This document shows, piece by piece, positions 20,094-29,276 of a stretch of 64,000 bases of DNA. The position numbers and the translations under genes were made by a program. Under the pieces are notes generated by a model. That model did not search any database, was not told the origin of the DNA, and worked only from the letters and a program-made list of their open reading frames with translations. Source of the stretch: Alphaproteobacteria bacterium (GTDB taxonomy: Bacteria; Pseudomonadota; Alphaproteobacteria; UBA828); the NCBI GenBank assembly GCA_965237415.1, contig CBDEFM010000002.1, forward strand, positions 2,912,001 to 2,976,000. Reading direction: 5' to 3'. Each line of letters starts with the position of its first letter. Positions within the stretch are counted from its first letter, which is position 1.

Positions 20094-21098
20094 ATGAGCG
20101 CGCGTCACACCTTCTTCTGTATCGACGGCCACACCTGCGGCAATCCCGTGCGGGTGGTGGCAGGGGGCGGGCCTGCGCTCGCGGGCGCCACGATGAGCGA
20201 GCGGCGCCAGCACTTCGTCCGCGACTACGACTGGATCCGCCGGGCGCTGATGTACGAGCCGCGCGGCCATGACCTGATGTCGGGCGCGGTGCTCTACCCG
20301 CCGCTCTCGGCGGACGCCGATCTCGCGCTGCTCTTCGTCGAGACCACCGGGTGCCTGCCCATGTGCGGCCATGGCACCATCGGCACCGTGACCATCGCGC
20401 TGGAGCACGGCCTCGTCTCTCCGCGCTTGGACGGCACCCTGGTCCTCGACACGCCGGCGGGCCGGGTCGAAGCGCGCTACCGGCGGGAGGGTGCGCGTGT
20501 TGAGGCCGTGCGCATCACCAACGTGCCGAGCTTCCTGGCGGAGACGGGTGTCACTGTGGAGTGCCCCGGCCTCGGTCCGATCACGGTGGACATCGCCTAC
20601 GGCGGCAATTTCTACGCGATCGTCGATCCCCAGCCGGGCTATGCAGGGATGGAGGCGTTCTCGGCGGCCGAGCTGCTGGCGATGAGCCCCGGCCTGCGCG
20701 AGGCCTGCAACCGGGTCGTCGAGTGCGTCCATCCCGACGACCCGTCCATTGCCGGCGTGAGCCACGTCATGTGGACGGGCGCGCCTCAGGATGCGAGCGC
20801 CCATGGCCGGAACGCCGTCTTCTACGGCTCGGGCGCGCTCGACCGCTCCCCCTGCGGTACCGGGAGCTCGGCCCGGATGGCGCAGTGGGCGGCCACGGGC
20901 AAGCTCGCGCCCGGCGACGAGTTCGTGCACGAGAGCATCATCGGCAGCCTCTTCCGCTGCCGCGTCGAGAGCGCGACGAAGGTGGGCAATCACGACGCAA
21001 TCGTGCCGAGCATCGAAGGTTGGGCGCGCGTCACCGGGCTCAACACCATCTTCGTCGATGAGGCCGACCCCTTCGCCCACGGCTTTCAGGTGACCTGA
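20094..21098 (+). CDS. 4-hydroxyproline epimerase (proline racemase family)
   Basis: DGHTCGNPVR, EPRGH, MCGHG and DRSPCGTG catalytic Cys pair. Confidence 0.92.
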   Translation: MSARHTFFCIDGHTCGNPVRVVAGGGPALAGATMSERRQHFVRDYDWIRRALMYEPRGHDLMSGAVLYPPLSADADLALLFVETTGCLPMCGHGTIGTVTIALEHGLVSPRLDGTLVLDTPAGRVEARYRREGARVEAVRITNVPSFLAETGVTVECPGLGPITVDIAYGGNFYAIVDPQPGYAGMEAFSAAELLAMSPGLREACNRVVECVHPDDPSIAGVSHVMWTGAPQDASAHGRNAVFYGSGALDRSPCGTGSSARMAQWAATGKLAPGDEFVHESIIGSLFRCRVESATKVGNHDAIVPSIEGWARVTGLNTIFVDEADPFAHGFQVT

Positions 21099-21113
21099 GG
21101 GAGACGAAACACG

Positions 21114-21860
21114 ATGAACCAAGCTCCAGGCCGCACCGTCAGAGCAGGCGCGCGATGCCTCGTCGCGGCCTGCGCCGCCCTTCTGGTCGCCACGCTCGGC
21201 CATGGCTGCAGCGCTTACGGCGACGGGTCGGATGACATGTCGCTCAGCCCGCAGGCGGGCGAAGCGGCCGCCGCCGGCGCCTCGGCGGTCTATACCGTCA
21301 CCTTCACAGGCGCCTGGACCGTCGAGGCCACCCCTGGGGGCGTTCCCGACGGCGCGCACTTCTCGCCGCTGATCGGCGGCGTTCACAACGCGGACGTGGC
21401 GTTCCTTGAGGCGGTCGGCCAGGCCACACCGGGCATCGAATCCATGGCGGAGCGCGGGCGGACGGCCACGCTCACGGAAGAAATTCAGGCGGCCGGTGCG
21501 AATGCGCTGAGCGTTCTCCGCAAGGAGTCAGGCCCCGGCGCGACGGCCTCGGATACGTTCGAAGCCGTCACGGTCACCGCCGACCATCCCCATATCACCC
21601 TGCTCTCGATGATCGCGCCGAGCCCGGACTGGTTCGTCGGCGTCTTCGGTCTCTCCTTGCTCGATGCGGAGGGGAACTGGGCAGACGCGCTCACGGTGAA
21701 CCTCTACCCGTGGGATGCCGGAACCGAGGAGGGAGACGACTTCTCCTTCGACAACGCCGCGACCGTGCCGCCCGGCACCATCGTCAGCCTGCGGGGCACG
21801 GGCAGATTCTCCGACGCGCCCATCGCGACACTGACCTTCACCTTGCAGTCGGGCGCATAG
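21114..21860 (+). CDS. spondin_N domain (lipo)protein
   Basis: YTVTFTGAW, HFSPLIG, MIAPSPDWFVG, WDAGTE; lipobox-like GHGC. Confidence 0.85.
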   Translation: MNQAPGRTVRAGARCLVAACAALLVATLGHGCSAYGDGSDDMSLSPQAGEAAAAGASAVYTVTFTGAWTVEATPGGVPDGAHFSPLIGGVHNADVAFLEAVGQATPGIESMAERGRTATLTEEIQAAGANALSVLRKESGPGATASDTFEAVTVTADHPHITLLSMIAPSPDWFVGVFGLSLLDAEGNWADALTVNLYPWDAGTEEGDDFSFDNAATVPPGTIVSLRGTGRFSDAPIATLTFTLQSGA

Positions 21861-21904
21861 TGGCGTCGGCGCCCGCCGCTGCCGGCCACCGCCGAGAGGG
21901 CACC

Positions 21905-22303
21905 ATGAGTCGCGTTGTGCCGAGGCTCGCTTCGCTGCTGCTTGTGGTGGCGCTTGGCGGGGCGGTGCTGGCGCTGGGCCCGCGCGCGTCCGCGGACGAG
22001 TACAGCGATGCCACGTTCGAGGCCTTCGTCTCCGCCGCGATCGAGGTCAGCCGACGGATCGAGACCTGGCGCCCGCTTATCGAGGGCACGGCCGACAAGG
22101 ACGAGCGCGGCGCCCTGATCGAGGATGCGCAGGCCGACCTCGCCCGCGCTATCGAGGAGACGGAAGGCATCAACGAGGACGAGTATCACGAAATCTACGC
22201 GGCCGCGCGCGAGGACGAGGCGCTGCGCGGGCGCATCGACAGGATTTTCCGGAACCGTAGACAGCGCCGGCGGGCTGCCGGACGCCGAATGGCGGGCCGA
22301 TGA
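21905..22303 (+). CDS. DUF4168-like exported protein
   Basis: signal peptide; YSDATFEAFVSAA; GINEDEYHEI..AREDEALR. Confidence 0.65.
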   Translation: MSRVVPRLASLLLVVALGGAVLALGPRASADEYSDATFEAFVSAAIEVSRRIETWRPLIEGTADKDERGALIEDAQADLARAIEETEGINEDEYHEIYAAAREDEALRGRIDRIFRNRRQRRRAAGRRMAGR

Positions 22304-23466
22304 AGATCGAGAGCATCACGGCGTGCTGGGCGCATGTGCCGATCCCCAAGGCGCAGCAGCACAAGAGCGACCTCGGCGTCGCCGATCACTTCGACGCCAC
22401 GATCGTGCGGGTCGAGACCGCGTGCGGGCTCGTCGGCTGGGGCGAGGCCAAGGCTTCGGTCGGCAGTATGGGCAACAACGCGGCGCTTGCCGCGCTCATC
22501 AACCGCGACCTGGGCCCGGCGCTGATCGGCGAGGACCCGCGGGATCCACGCCGGCTGTGGGAGATCGGGTACAACGGCAGCCGCGCCCACTTCGCGCTGA
22601 CACGCGGCCAGGCTTTCCCGGTGCTGGATCGCCGCGGAAGCAGGATCAGCGCTATCGGGGCCATCGACATGGCCTGCTGGGACATCCTGGGCCGCTCCCT
22701 CGGGGTCCCGGTGTGGCGACTGCTCGGCGGCAAGTGCCGGGACGCCATGCCGGCCTACGCCTCCGGCGGCTGGGCGCCGGCCGAGGCCATCGGCGCGCAG
22801 CTCGAAGGCTATATCGCCCGCGGCGGCTTCCGCGCGGTGAAGATGCGCGTGGGTGCGGGTGACGGAGACGTCATCGCGTCGGTGCGTCGGGTCCGGGCCG
22901 CCCGCGCCCTTCTGGGATGCGATATCCAGATCATGGTGGATGCCCACGGCACCCTTTCGGTCAAGGAGGCGCTCCGCTTTGTGCGGCTGGTCGAGGGCTG
23001 CGGCCTCTCCTGGTTCGAGGAGCCGGTGAATGTCGACGACAAGGCCGGCATGGGCGTCGTGCGAGCGGCGAGCGACATCCCGATCGCCGCCGGCGAAAGC
23101 GAGTTCACCCGCTTCGACTTCCGCGAGCTGCTGGAGCATCGGGCCGTGGACTATTTCCAGCCCGACCTCGCCATCGCGGGCGGCATCACCGAGGCCATGC
23201 GGATTGCGGCGCTGGCAGAGAGCCACGGGATCAAGCTCGCGCCCCACCTCTGGGGCGGCGCGCTCAACTTCGCCGCCGGCCTTCAGGTCATGGCGGCTTC
23301 GCCCGCGGCGGTCATCGCCGAATACTCCCTCGGCGCCAATCCGTTGCTCCACGATCTCGCCGAAGAAAAGTTCGAGGTGGTGGACGGCATGATCGCCATT
23401 CCCGACCGCCCCGGCCTCGGCGTCACCATCGACGAAGCGTTTCTCGCGGCTCACACGGTCGACTAA
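22300..23466 (+). CDS. mandelate racemase/muconate lactonizing enzyme family protein
   Basis: KMRVG, MVDAH, WFEEP, AGESE, QPDL, APH, PGLGV. Confidence 0.92.
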   Translation: MKIESITACWAHVPIPKAQQHKSDLGVADHFDATIVRVETACGLVGWGEAKASVGSMGNNAALAALINRDLGPALIGEDPRDPRRLWEIGYNGSRAHFALTRGQAFPVLDRRGSRISAIGAIDMACWDILGRSLGVPVWRLLGGKCRDAMPAYASGGWAPAEAIGAQLEGYIARGGFRAVKMRVGAGDGDVIASVRRVRAARALLGCDIQIMVDAHGTLSVKEALRFVRLVEGCGLSWFEEPVNVDDKAGMGVVRAASDIPIAAGESEFTRFDFRELLEHRAVDYFQPDLAIAGGITEAMRIAALAESHGIKLAPHLWGGALNFAAGLQVMAASPAAVIAEYSLGANPLLHDLAEEKFEVVDGMIAIPDRPGLGVTIDEAFLAAHTVD

Positions 23467-23581
23467 CGGGCCACGCCCTACTGCCCCTGCCGCCGTTCTG
23501 GGGTTTACCGGCCGGGCCGCTATGATGCGCCGCCGGCCGCGCCGGGAGCGGCCCTAACCGCCACTCAGGAGAGTATCCGCC

Positions 23582-23971
23582 ATGCCCAACGAGATGTACG
23601 AGAAAGGCCTCCAGATCCGGCGCGAGGTGCTGGGCTCGGAGTATGTCGACCGCGCCATCGGCAGCGCCGACGACTTCAACAAGGAGTTTCAGGAGATCCT
23701 GACCGAGTATTGCTGGGGCGCGGTGTGGGGCCGGCCGGGGCTGAGCCGCAAGCAGCGGAGCCTCAACAACATCTGCATGTTGTCCGCGCTGGGCCGCAGC
23801 CACGAGCTGGAGCTACATCTCAGGGGCGCGCTCACCAACGGGGTGACCGTCGACGAGATCAAGGAGACGCTGATCCAGGTCGCCGTCTATTGCGGCGCGC
23901 CGGCGGCGGTCGAAGGGTTCCGCATCGCGCGGCGCGTCGTCGACGAGCACCGCAAGGCGGAGGCCGGCTGA
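23582..23971 (+). CDS. carboxymuconolactone decarboxylase family protein
   Basis: GLQIRREVLG, EYCWGAVWGRPGL, YCGAP. Confidence 0.92.
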   Translation: MPNEMYEKGLQIRREVLGSEYVDRAIGSADDFNKEFQEILTEYCWGAVWGRPGLSRKQRSLNNICMLSALGRSHELELHLRGALTNGVTVDEIKETLIQVAVYCGAPAAVEGFRIARRVVDEHRKAEAG

Positions 23972-24831
23972 TGCCCACGCTCGGCTTCATCGGCCTCGGC
24001 AATATGGGCGGGCCGATGGCGCACAATCTGGCCGCCGCCGGTCACGAGGTGGTGTGCTTCGACGCCGCGGGCACCGAAGCGTTGGCGCCGCCCGGCGCGC
24101 CCGTGGCCGAGTCCGCCGCGGCGCTGGCAGAGCGGGCCAACATCGTCTTTCTCTGCCTCCCCGACGGACGGACGGTGCTGAAGGTCGCACGAGAGATCGC
24201 CGATTGTCCGGACCGGGCGGTCGGGATCGTGGTGGACAGCACCACCGCCGGAATGACGGACGCCCGCGCGGCCCACGACCTGCTGGCCGGCGCCGGCATC
24301 CGTTATGCCGACGCGCCGGTGAGCGGCGGCACGAAGGGCGCGAAGGCCGGCACGCTCGCCATGATGGTGGCGGCGTCGGACGATCTCTATGCCGAGATCG
24401 AACCCTACATTCGCCCGATGGCGGCGAATGCCCGCCAAGTGGGCACCCAGCCGGGCCACGGCATGGCGATGAAGCTGCTGAACAATTTCCTCTCGGCGAC
24501 GGCGATGGCGGCGACCAGCGAGGCGGTTGCCTTCGGAGTTTCCCAGGGCCTCGACATGACGACGATCCTGGAGACGGTCAATCTCTCCAGCGGCCGCAAC
24601 ACCGCCACCGAGGACAAGTTCCCCAACCGTATCGCCACCGGTGCCTTCGATTCCGGCTTCGCAACCAAGCTGATGGCCAAAGACATCCGCCTCTACGAAT
24701 CGAGCGTGGCCGCCGCCGGTGCGCCCGGCCGCCTCGCCGGGCAGCTCCGCGACATCTGGGACGGCATGGAGGCCGCGCGGCCGGACTCCGACTTCACCGA
24801 GATCTACAAGCACGTGCGGGACGGGCGCTAA
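23971..24831 (+). CDS. 3-hydroxyisobutyrate dehydrogenase family NAD(P)-dependent oxidoreductase
   Basis: FIGLGNMG, DAPVSGG, KLLNN, LMAKDI. Confidence 0.92.
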   Translation: MPTLGFIGLGNMGGPMAHNLAAAGHEVVCFDAAGTEALAPPGAPVAESAAALAERANIVFLCLPDGRTVLKVAREIADCPDRAVGIVVDSTTAGMTDARAAHDLLAGAGIRYADAPVSGGTKGAKAGTLAMMVAASDDLYAEIEPYIRPMAANARQVGTQPGHGMAMKLLNNFLSATAMAATSEAVAFGVSQGLDMTTILETVNLSSGRNTATEDKFPNRIATGAFDSGFATKLMAKDIRLYESSVAAAGAPGRLAGQLRDIWDGMEAARPDSDFTEIYKHVRDGR

Positions 24832-24876
24832 CCCGCAATTCTCACCACGGTCACGGCCTGCGCGGCGGCTTGCCGG
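24828..24876 (-). repeat. short dispersed repeat family B, copy 4
   Basis: reverse complement ccggcaagccgccgcgcaggccgtgaccgtggtgagaattgcgggttag; overlaps the upstream TAA stop. Confidence 0.85.
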
Positions 24877-24905
24877 GGTCCGCACGCGGGATTAGCCTCA
24901 GGCTC

Positions 24906-25199
24906 ATGGAAGACGGGGCGCCCACCCACTATCTGGTCGTGGAGGGGCTGGCGGGCGAGGGGTCGATCTGGCGCGTCGTCCGGGCCGAGGAACACGCAGA
25001 GGGGCGCAGGCTCTACGCCTTCGTCGGAACCTGCCAGACCCGCCGCGCGGCGCTCTCGCTCGCCCGCGCGCTCAACGAGAAGCGTGCCGTCGACGAGGCG
25101 ACGCTGCGCTCCGCAGCCCTGCGGGGGCAATCGCTCCCGCCCGGCCGCGCAGACATCGCGCCTGCGCCCGATCCCTACCGGCTCAGGCCCTCCTGCTAG
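24906..25199 (+). CDS. hypothetical protein
   Basis: ATG at 24906; globular-looking YLVVE..IWRVV..YAFVGTC sequence. Confidence 0.5.
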   Translation: MEDGAPTHYLVVEGLAGEGSIWRVVRAEEHAEGRRLYAFVGTCQTRRAALSLARALNEKRAVDEATLRSAALRGQSLPPGRADIAPAPDPYRLRPSC

Positions 25200-25341
25200 C
25201 TCTTTGTCGCTCACGGCAGCCGGCCTGCGGCCGGCGCCTCCGCGTCGCGCGTCGACGCGCGCGGGCGCGCGATGTGCGCCGCATTAGCGGCGGGCCGCGG
25301 TCGCGGCCTATCGCGAGTCCGTCAAAGACGGACTCGCTCTA
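25196..25341 (-). repeat. ~146-bp dispersed palindromic repeat family A, copy 2
   Basis: reverse complement tagagcgagtccgtctttgacggactcgcgataggccgcgaccgcggcccgccgc...gccgtgagcgacaaagagctag. Confidence 0.88.
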
Positions 25342-25354
25342 CGATCCATTGCCC

Positions 25355-25990
25355 TCAGGCATTTCGCTTCCTGATCTCGTCGAGATAGTCGAGCACCCGC
25401 TCCGACGAGACGATGTCGGCGTAGCGGCGGCCGACATCGCGCAGGTTGTCCCGGTGCGGCCGCTCGTCGGCGTCGCCGACACAGTCCTCGGGCACCATGG
25501 TGCGATAGCCGTAGGAGAAGGAATCGATCACTGAGGCGCGGATGCAGCCGCTGGTCATGCAGCCCACGACGATGGTCGTGTCCACGCCGTGCTTGGTGAG
25601 GAAGGCCGTCACCGGCGTCTGGAAGAAGATCGAGGGGCCGGACTTGCGCAGGATGTAGTCGTAGTCGGGATCGGAGGTGCGGGGCTCCATCTCGGCGCAG
25701 GGGTCGCCTTCGAAGAAGTTCTCCCGTACCGGCGCGATCTTCCAGTAGGGCATGTCGCGCTCGGAGTGATAGGCGGTGTAGCAGTTGGCGACCGGCACCC
25801 GCGCCGCGCGGGCGGCCTCGAGCACCCGCGCGGTGTTCTCCACGGCGCGATGCACCAGCGGGCAGCCGCCCAAGGGAAAGCGCGGCTGGGTGAAGCCCGT
25901 CTGCAGATCGACCACGAGGATGCCCGGCCGCTCGCCGAAGCCGATCTCCATCGCGCCGTAGCCGATGTCCTGATATGTGTCGTCGCTCAT
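25355..25990 (-). CDS. isochorismatase-family cysteine amidohydrolase (N-carbamoylsarcosine amidase / maleamate amidohydrolase-like)
   Basis: VVDLQ, RKSGPSIF, GCMTSGCIRASVID, EDCVGD. Confidence 0.88.
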   Translation of the reverse strand: MSDDTYQDIGYGAMEIGFGERPGILVVDLQTGFTQPRFPLGGCPLVHRAVENTARVLEAARAARVPVANCYTAYHSERDMPYWKIAPVRENFFEGDPCAEMEPRTSDPDYDYILRKSGPSIFFQTPVTAFLTKHGVDTTIVVGCMTSGCIRASVIDSFSYGYRTMVPEDCVGDADERPHRDNLRDVGRRYADIVSSERVLDYLDEIRKRNA

Positions 25991-26025
25991 CGCGCTCCCC
26001 TTTGTTGCCGCCGCACGCCGGCCGT

Positions 26026-26829
26026 TCAGGCGGTCACCACGGCGGCACCGATGCCGTAAGGCACGAGCCAGCCCAGGCCCTCCAGCGTGCCTCCCTTGGG
26101 CCGGTACTCGCAGCCGATCCAGCCGTCGTACCCCGCCGCGTCGAGCATGTCGAAGAGGTAGGGGTAGTTGATCTCGCCCACGTCGGGCTCGTGGCGACCG
26201 GGAACGCCGGAAACCTGGATGTGGGCGATGATGTCGCGGTGCTGGGCGAAACCGACAGCCAGGCTGCCCTCCATGATCTGGCGGTGATAGAAGTCGTACT
26301 GGAGAAACAGATTCTTGCTCCCCACCGTCTCGATTACCCGCTGCGCATGGCCGGCGGTCGACAGCAGATAGCTCGGCACGTCGGTCGTGTTCAGCGGCTC
26401 GATGAGGGCACGGATGCCTTCGCGCCCGAATGCGTCCGCCGCATAGGCGAGGTTCGCGACGTAAGCCTCCTCGTACGCGCGCGGATCGGCGCCCTCGGGC
26501 ACAACGGCGGCCATCACGTGGAGCTGGCGGCAGCCCAGTGCACCGGCGTAGCGGAGCGCGCTATCGACCGAGCGGCGGAAATCGTCCTGCCTGCCGGGTA
26601 GCGCAGTGAGGCCGCGCTCGCCGGCATCCCAGTCGCCCGGCGCGAGGTTGAAGAGCGCCTGGGTCAGCCCGTTATCGTCGAGCCGGGCCGCAATCTCCGC
26701 CGGCGGCGCGAGATCGTAGGGAAACAGATACTCGACCGCCTGAAAGCCCGCGCGCCGGGCTGCCTCGAAACGGTCGAGAAATTCGAGCTCCTGGAAGAGG
26801 AAACTGAGATTGGCGGCGAACTTCGGCAT
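26026..26829 (-). CDS. hydroxypyruvate isomerase family (2-oxo-tetronate isomerase-like)
   Basis: MPKFAANLS, VEYLFPY, IEPLN, YDFYH, GRHEP, GCEYRP. Confidence 0.92.
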   Translation of the reverse strand: MPKFAANLSFLFQELEFLDRFEAARRAGFQAVEYLFPYDLAPPAEIAARLDDNGLTQALFNLAPGDWDAGERGLTALPGRQDDFRRSVDSALRYAGALGCRQLHVMAAVVPEGADPRAYEEAYVANLAYAADAFGREGIRALIEPLNTTDVPSYLLSTAGHAQRVIETVGSKNLFLQYDFYHRQIMEGSLAVGFAQHRDIIAHIQVSGVPGRHEPDVGEINYPYLFDMLDAAGYDGWIGCEYRPKGGTLEGLGWLVPYGIGAAVVTA

Positions 26830-26875
26830 GGTCCCTCCGGCGCCCGGCTGGCGCCGGCTCCGGCGCAAGCGCGTG

Positions 26876-27085
26876 CTAGAAGCAGCCCAGTGCGCTGCCT
26901 GCGCGCTCGATCCACATGACAAGGTATGAGTCTGTGACGCTCTGGTAGGTGTCGGCAGCCAGAGCGTCACAGGTGCTGCTGTGCGCGGCGACGAGCCCGA
27001 CGCCAAGCGCCGCTGCCGCCCCGATCAGGAGCTGGCGGCGGCCTCTGCCACGAAGCCTGCCTCGATATGCCGTCGCATCCGCCAT
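26876..27085 (-). CDS. putative small membrane/secreted protein (69 aa)
   Basis: RRQLL followed by hydrophobic IGAAAALGVGLVAA; lies in otherwise empty spacer. Confidence 0.4.
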   Translation of the reverse strand: MADATAYRGRLRGRGRRQLLIGAAAALGVGLVAAHSSTCDALAADTYQSVTDSYLVMWIERAGSALGCF

Positions 27086-27363
27086 CAGGGCGGCATTATG
27101 CGACGACGGGTGATTCTTTCATATCCCTCAAACGCCGGGCGTTCGCTCCGCTCACTTGGCTTCGCGCGTATACGCGCGCGGCGCAGTCGCGCCGTCCGGG
27201 CCTGCGGCCCGGCCCTTCTCATGTTCTACACCTCGTCAGTCTCCGTTGTTGTGCGGCGACGCGGTCATCGCAAAGGCCGTGCAGCAGCGCCGGGCATCGT
27301 GTTTATTGAGCGCCGATGCGGCGGATCGAGTGCCGAGCGAGCGCCAGAGAGGGGGAGAAACGC

Positions 27364-27864
27364 ATGGACACACGCGAGTGGCTGATGAGCGAGCGCAATC
27401 TGGCCGACGAGCCGATCGAGAGCCTCGGCGATATAAGCGAGAGCGAGCGGGCCAATCTGGCGCTCCTGGTCAGGCAATGCCGGGGCTGGTCGAGCCAGAA
27501 CATCGACGAGGTGGTGGCCGTCATGGCCGAGGACGGGGTCTATCACGACATCACCCTGCCGGCGGCGGTGGGCCATGACGCGATCCGCGAGTTCGGCGCC
27601 GGCTGGCTCGACGCGGTGCCCGACCTCTCGCTCCATATCGAGGCGTTCTGCGTCCAGGGCAACATCGTCTGCGACATGGGCTGGATGAGCGGCACGATCA
27701 CGAAGGACTATTTCGGCCTTCCCGGCACGGGCCAGCGCTTCGACTGCCAGTTCTCCCAGATCTGCTTCGTCGAGGACGGCAAGATCAAGTATCTGCGCGG
27801 CCTCTGGAACGCGCCCGACATGTACAATCAGGTGGGCTGGGATCTGGCCGGCCTCAAGCGCTAG
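27364..27864 (+). CDS. SnoaL-like ester cyclase / NTF2 family protein
   Basis: AEDGVYHD, GHDAIREF, VPDL, GLPGTGQRF, EDGKI; GGGGAG SD. Confidence 0.85.
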   Translation: MDTREWLMSERNLADEPIESLGDISESERANLALLVRQCRGWSSQNIDEVVAVMAEDGVYHDITLPAAVGHDAIREFGAGWLDAVPDLSLHIEAFCVQGNIVCDMGWMSGTITKDYFGLPGTGQRFDCQFSQICFVEDGKIKYLRGLWNAPDMYNQVGWDLAGLKR

Positions 27865-27900
27865 CGCCGGTCGGCGGGCGAAGTCGGGAGCGTAAGGGGC

Positions 27901-29133
27901 ATGGCAGCGACTGAAACCGAGGGGCGGATCGAGAGCGACGTCGTCATCGTCGGCGGCGGCCTCGTCGGCCTCACCCTCGGGGTCGCGCTCGCAGGCGCCG
28001 GGATCGAGACGACGGTCGTCGACGGCACGCGGCCTGAGGCGATGAAGGATGTCGCGTTCGACGGGCGGGTCTCCTCGATCGCGCTCGGCTCCAAGCGGGT
28101 GCTGGATGGCATCGGGCTCTGGCCGGCGCTGGCGGACGACGCCCAGCCGATCCTGGAAATACGCGTCTCCGACGGCGATGCACCGCTCTTCCTGCACTAT
28201 GACCACAAGGCCGTGGGCAGCGATCCGCTCGGCTTCATCGTCGAGAACCGGGCCATCCGCGCCGCCCTGCTCGCGCGTGCGGGCGCGCTCGCCGTGCTCC
28301 GCCACCTCGCGCCCGCCTCGGTCGAAGCACTGGAGAGCACTGCCGGCGGTATCGAGGCCCGGCTGGCCGACGGCAGGTGCCTGCGAGCGCGCCTCGCGGT
28401 CGCCGCCGACGGCGCCAATTCGGGGCTGCGGGCGGCAGCCGGGATCGAGACCGTGCGCTGGTCCTACGAGCAGACAGGCATCGTCTGCACTGTCGAGCAC
28501 GAGCGGCCGCACCGGGGCATCGCGCACGAGCGTTTTCTGCCCGCCGGGCCCTTCGCCATCCTGCCGATGACCGGCAACCGCGCCTCCCTGGTCTGGACGG
28601 AGCGGGCGGACCTCGCGCCGGCCCTGATGGAGGCCCCGCCGGCGGTCTTCGCCCGAGAGCTCGGCGCGCGCTTCGGCGACTTCCTGGGCGCGCTGGAGCC
28701 GACCGGCCCGCGCTGGAGCTATCCCCTCAACCTCACCCATGCGAAGCGCTACGTCGCGCCCCGTCTCGCGCTTGCGGGCGATGCGGCGCATGCGATCCAC
28801 CCGCTCGCCGGCCAGGGTTTCAACCTCGGAATCCGCGACGCCGCGGTGCTGGCCGAGCTTGTGGTGGACCGCGCGCGCCTCGGCCTCGACATCGGCGACG
28901 ACGACGTGCTCGTGCACTATCAGCGCCGGCGGCGCTTCGATTCGGTGGTGCTGATCGGCGTGACCGACGGGCTGAACCGGCTCTTCTCCAACGACAGTCA
29001 GAGCTTGCGCTTGATCCGCGACATCGGCCTCGCGGCGGTCAACGAGATGCCGCCGGTCAAGCGCTTCTTCATGCGCCACGCCATGGGGCTCGCGGGCGAC
29101 CTGCCGCGCCTCGCCCGCGGCGAGCCGCTTTAG
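27901..29133 (+). CDS. UbiH/UbiL/VisC family FAD-dependent ubiquinone biosynthesis hydroxylase
   Basis: GGGLVG, AADG, YEQTGIV, GPFAILP, GDAAHAIHPLAGQGFNLG, FSND. Confidence 0.93.
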   Translation: MAATETEGRIESDVVIVGGGLVGLTLGVALAGAGIETTVVDGTRPEAMKDVAFDGRVSSIALGSKRVLDGIGLWPALADDAQPILEIRVSDGDAPLFLHYDHKAVGSDPLGFIVENRAIRAALLARAGALAVLRHLAPASVEALESTAGGIEARLADGRCLRARLAVAADGANSGLRAAAGIETVRWSYEQTGIVCTVEHERPHRGIAHERFLPAGPFAILPMTGNRASLVWTERADLAPALMEAPPAVFARELGARFGDFLGALEPTGPRWSYPLNLTHAKRYVAPRLALAGDAAHAIHPLAGQGFNLGIRDAAVLAELVVDRARLGLDIGDDDVLVHYQRRRRFDSVVLIGVTDGLNRLFSNDSQSLRLIRDIGLAAVNEMPPVKRFFMRHAMGLAGDLPRLARGEPL

Positions 29134-29276
29134 AGCGAGTCAGTCTTCGACGGGCTCGCGACAGGCCGCGACCGCGGCCCGCCGCTCGTGCGGCGCACAT
29201 CGCGCGCCCGCGCGCGCGGACGCGCGACGGGGAGGCGCTGGCCGCAGGCCGGCTGCCGTGAGCGAAATAGTCCCTA
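29131..29276 (+). repeat. ~146-bp dispersed palindromic repeat family A, copy 3
   Basis: fills the entire gap between convergent genes; begins with TAG and ends with CTA, i.e. both stop codons. Confidence 0.88.
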
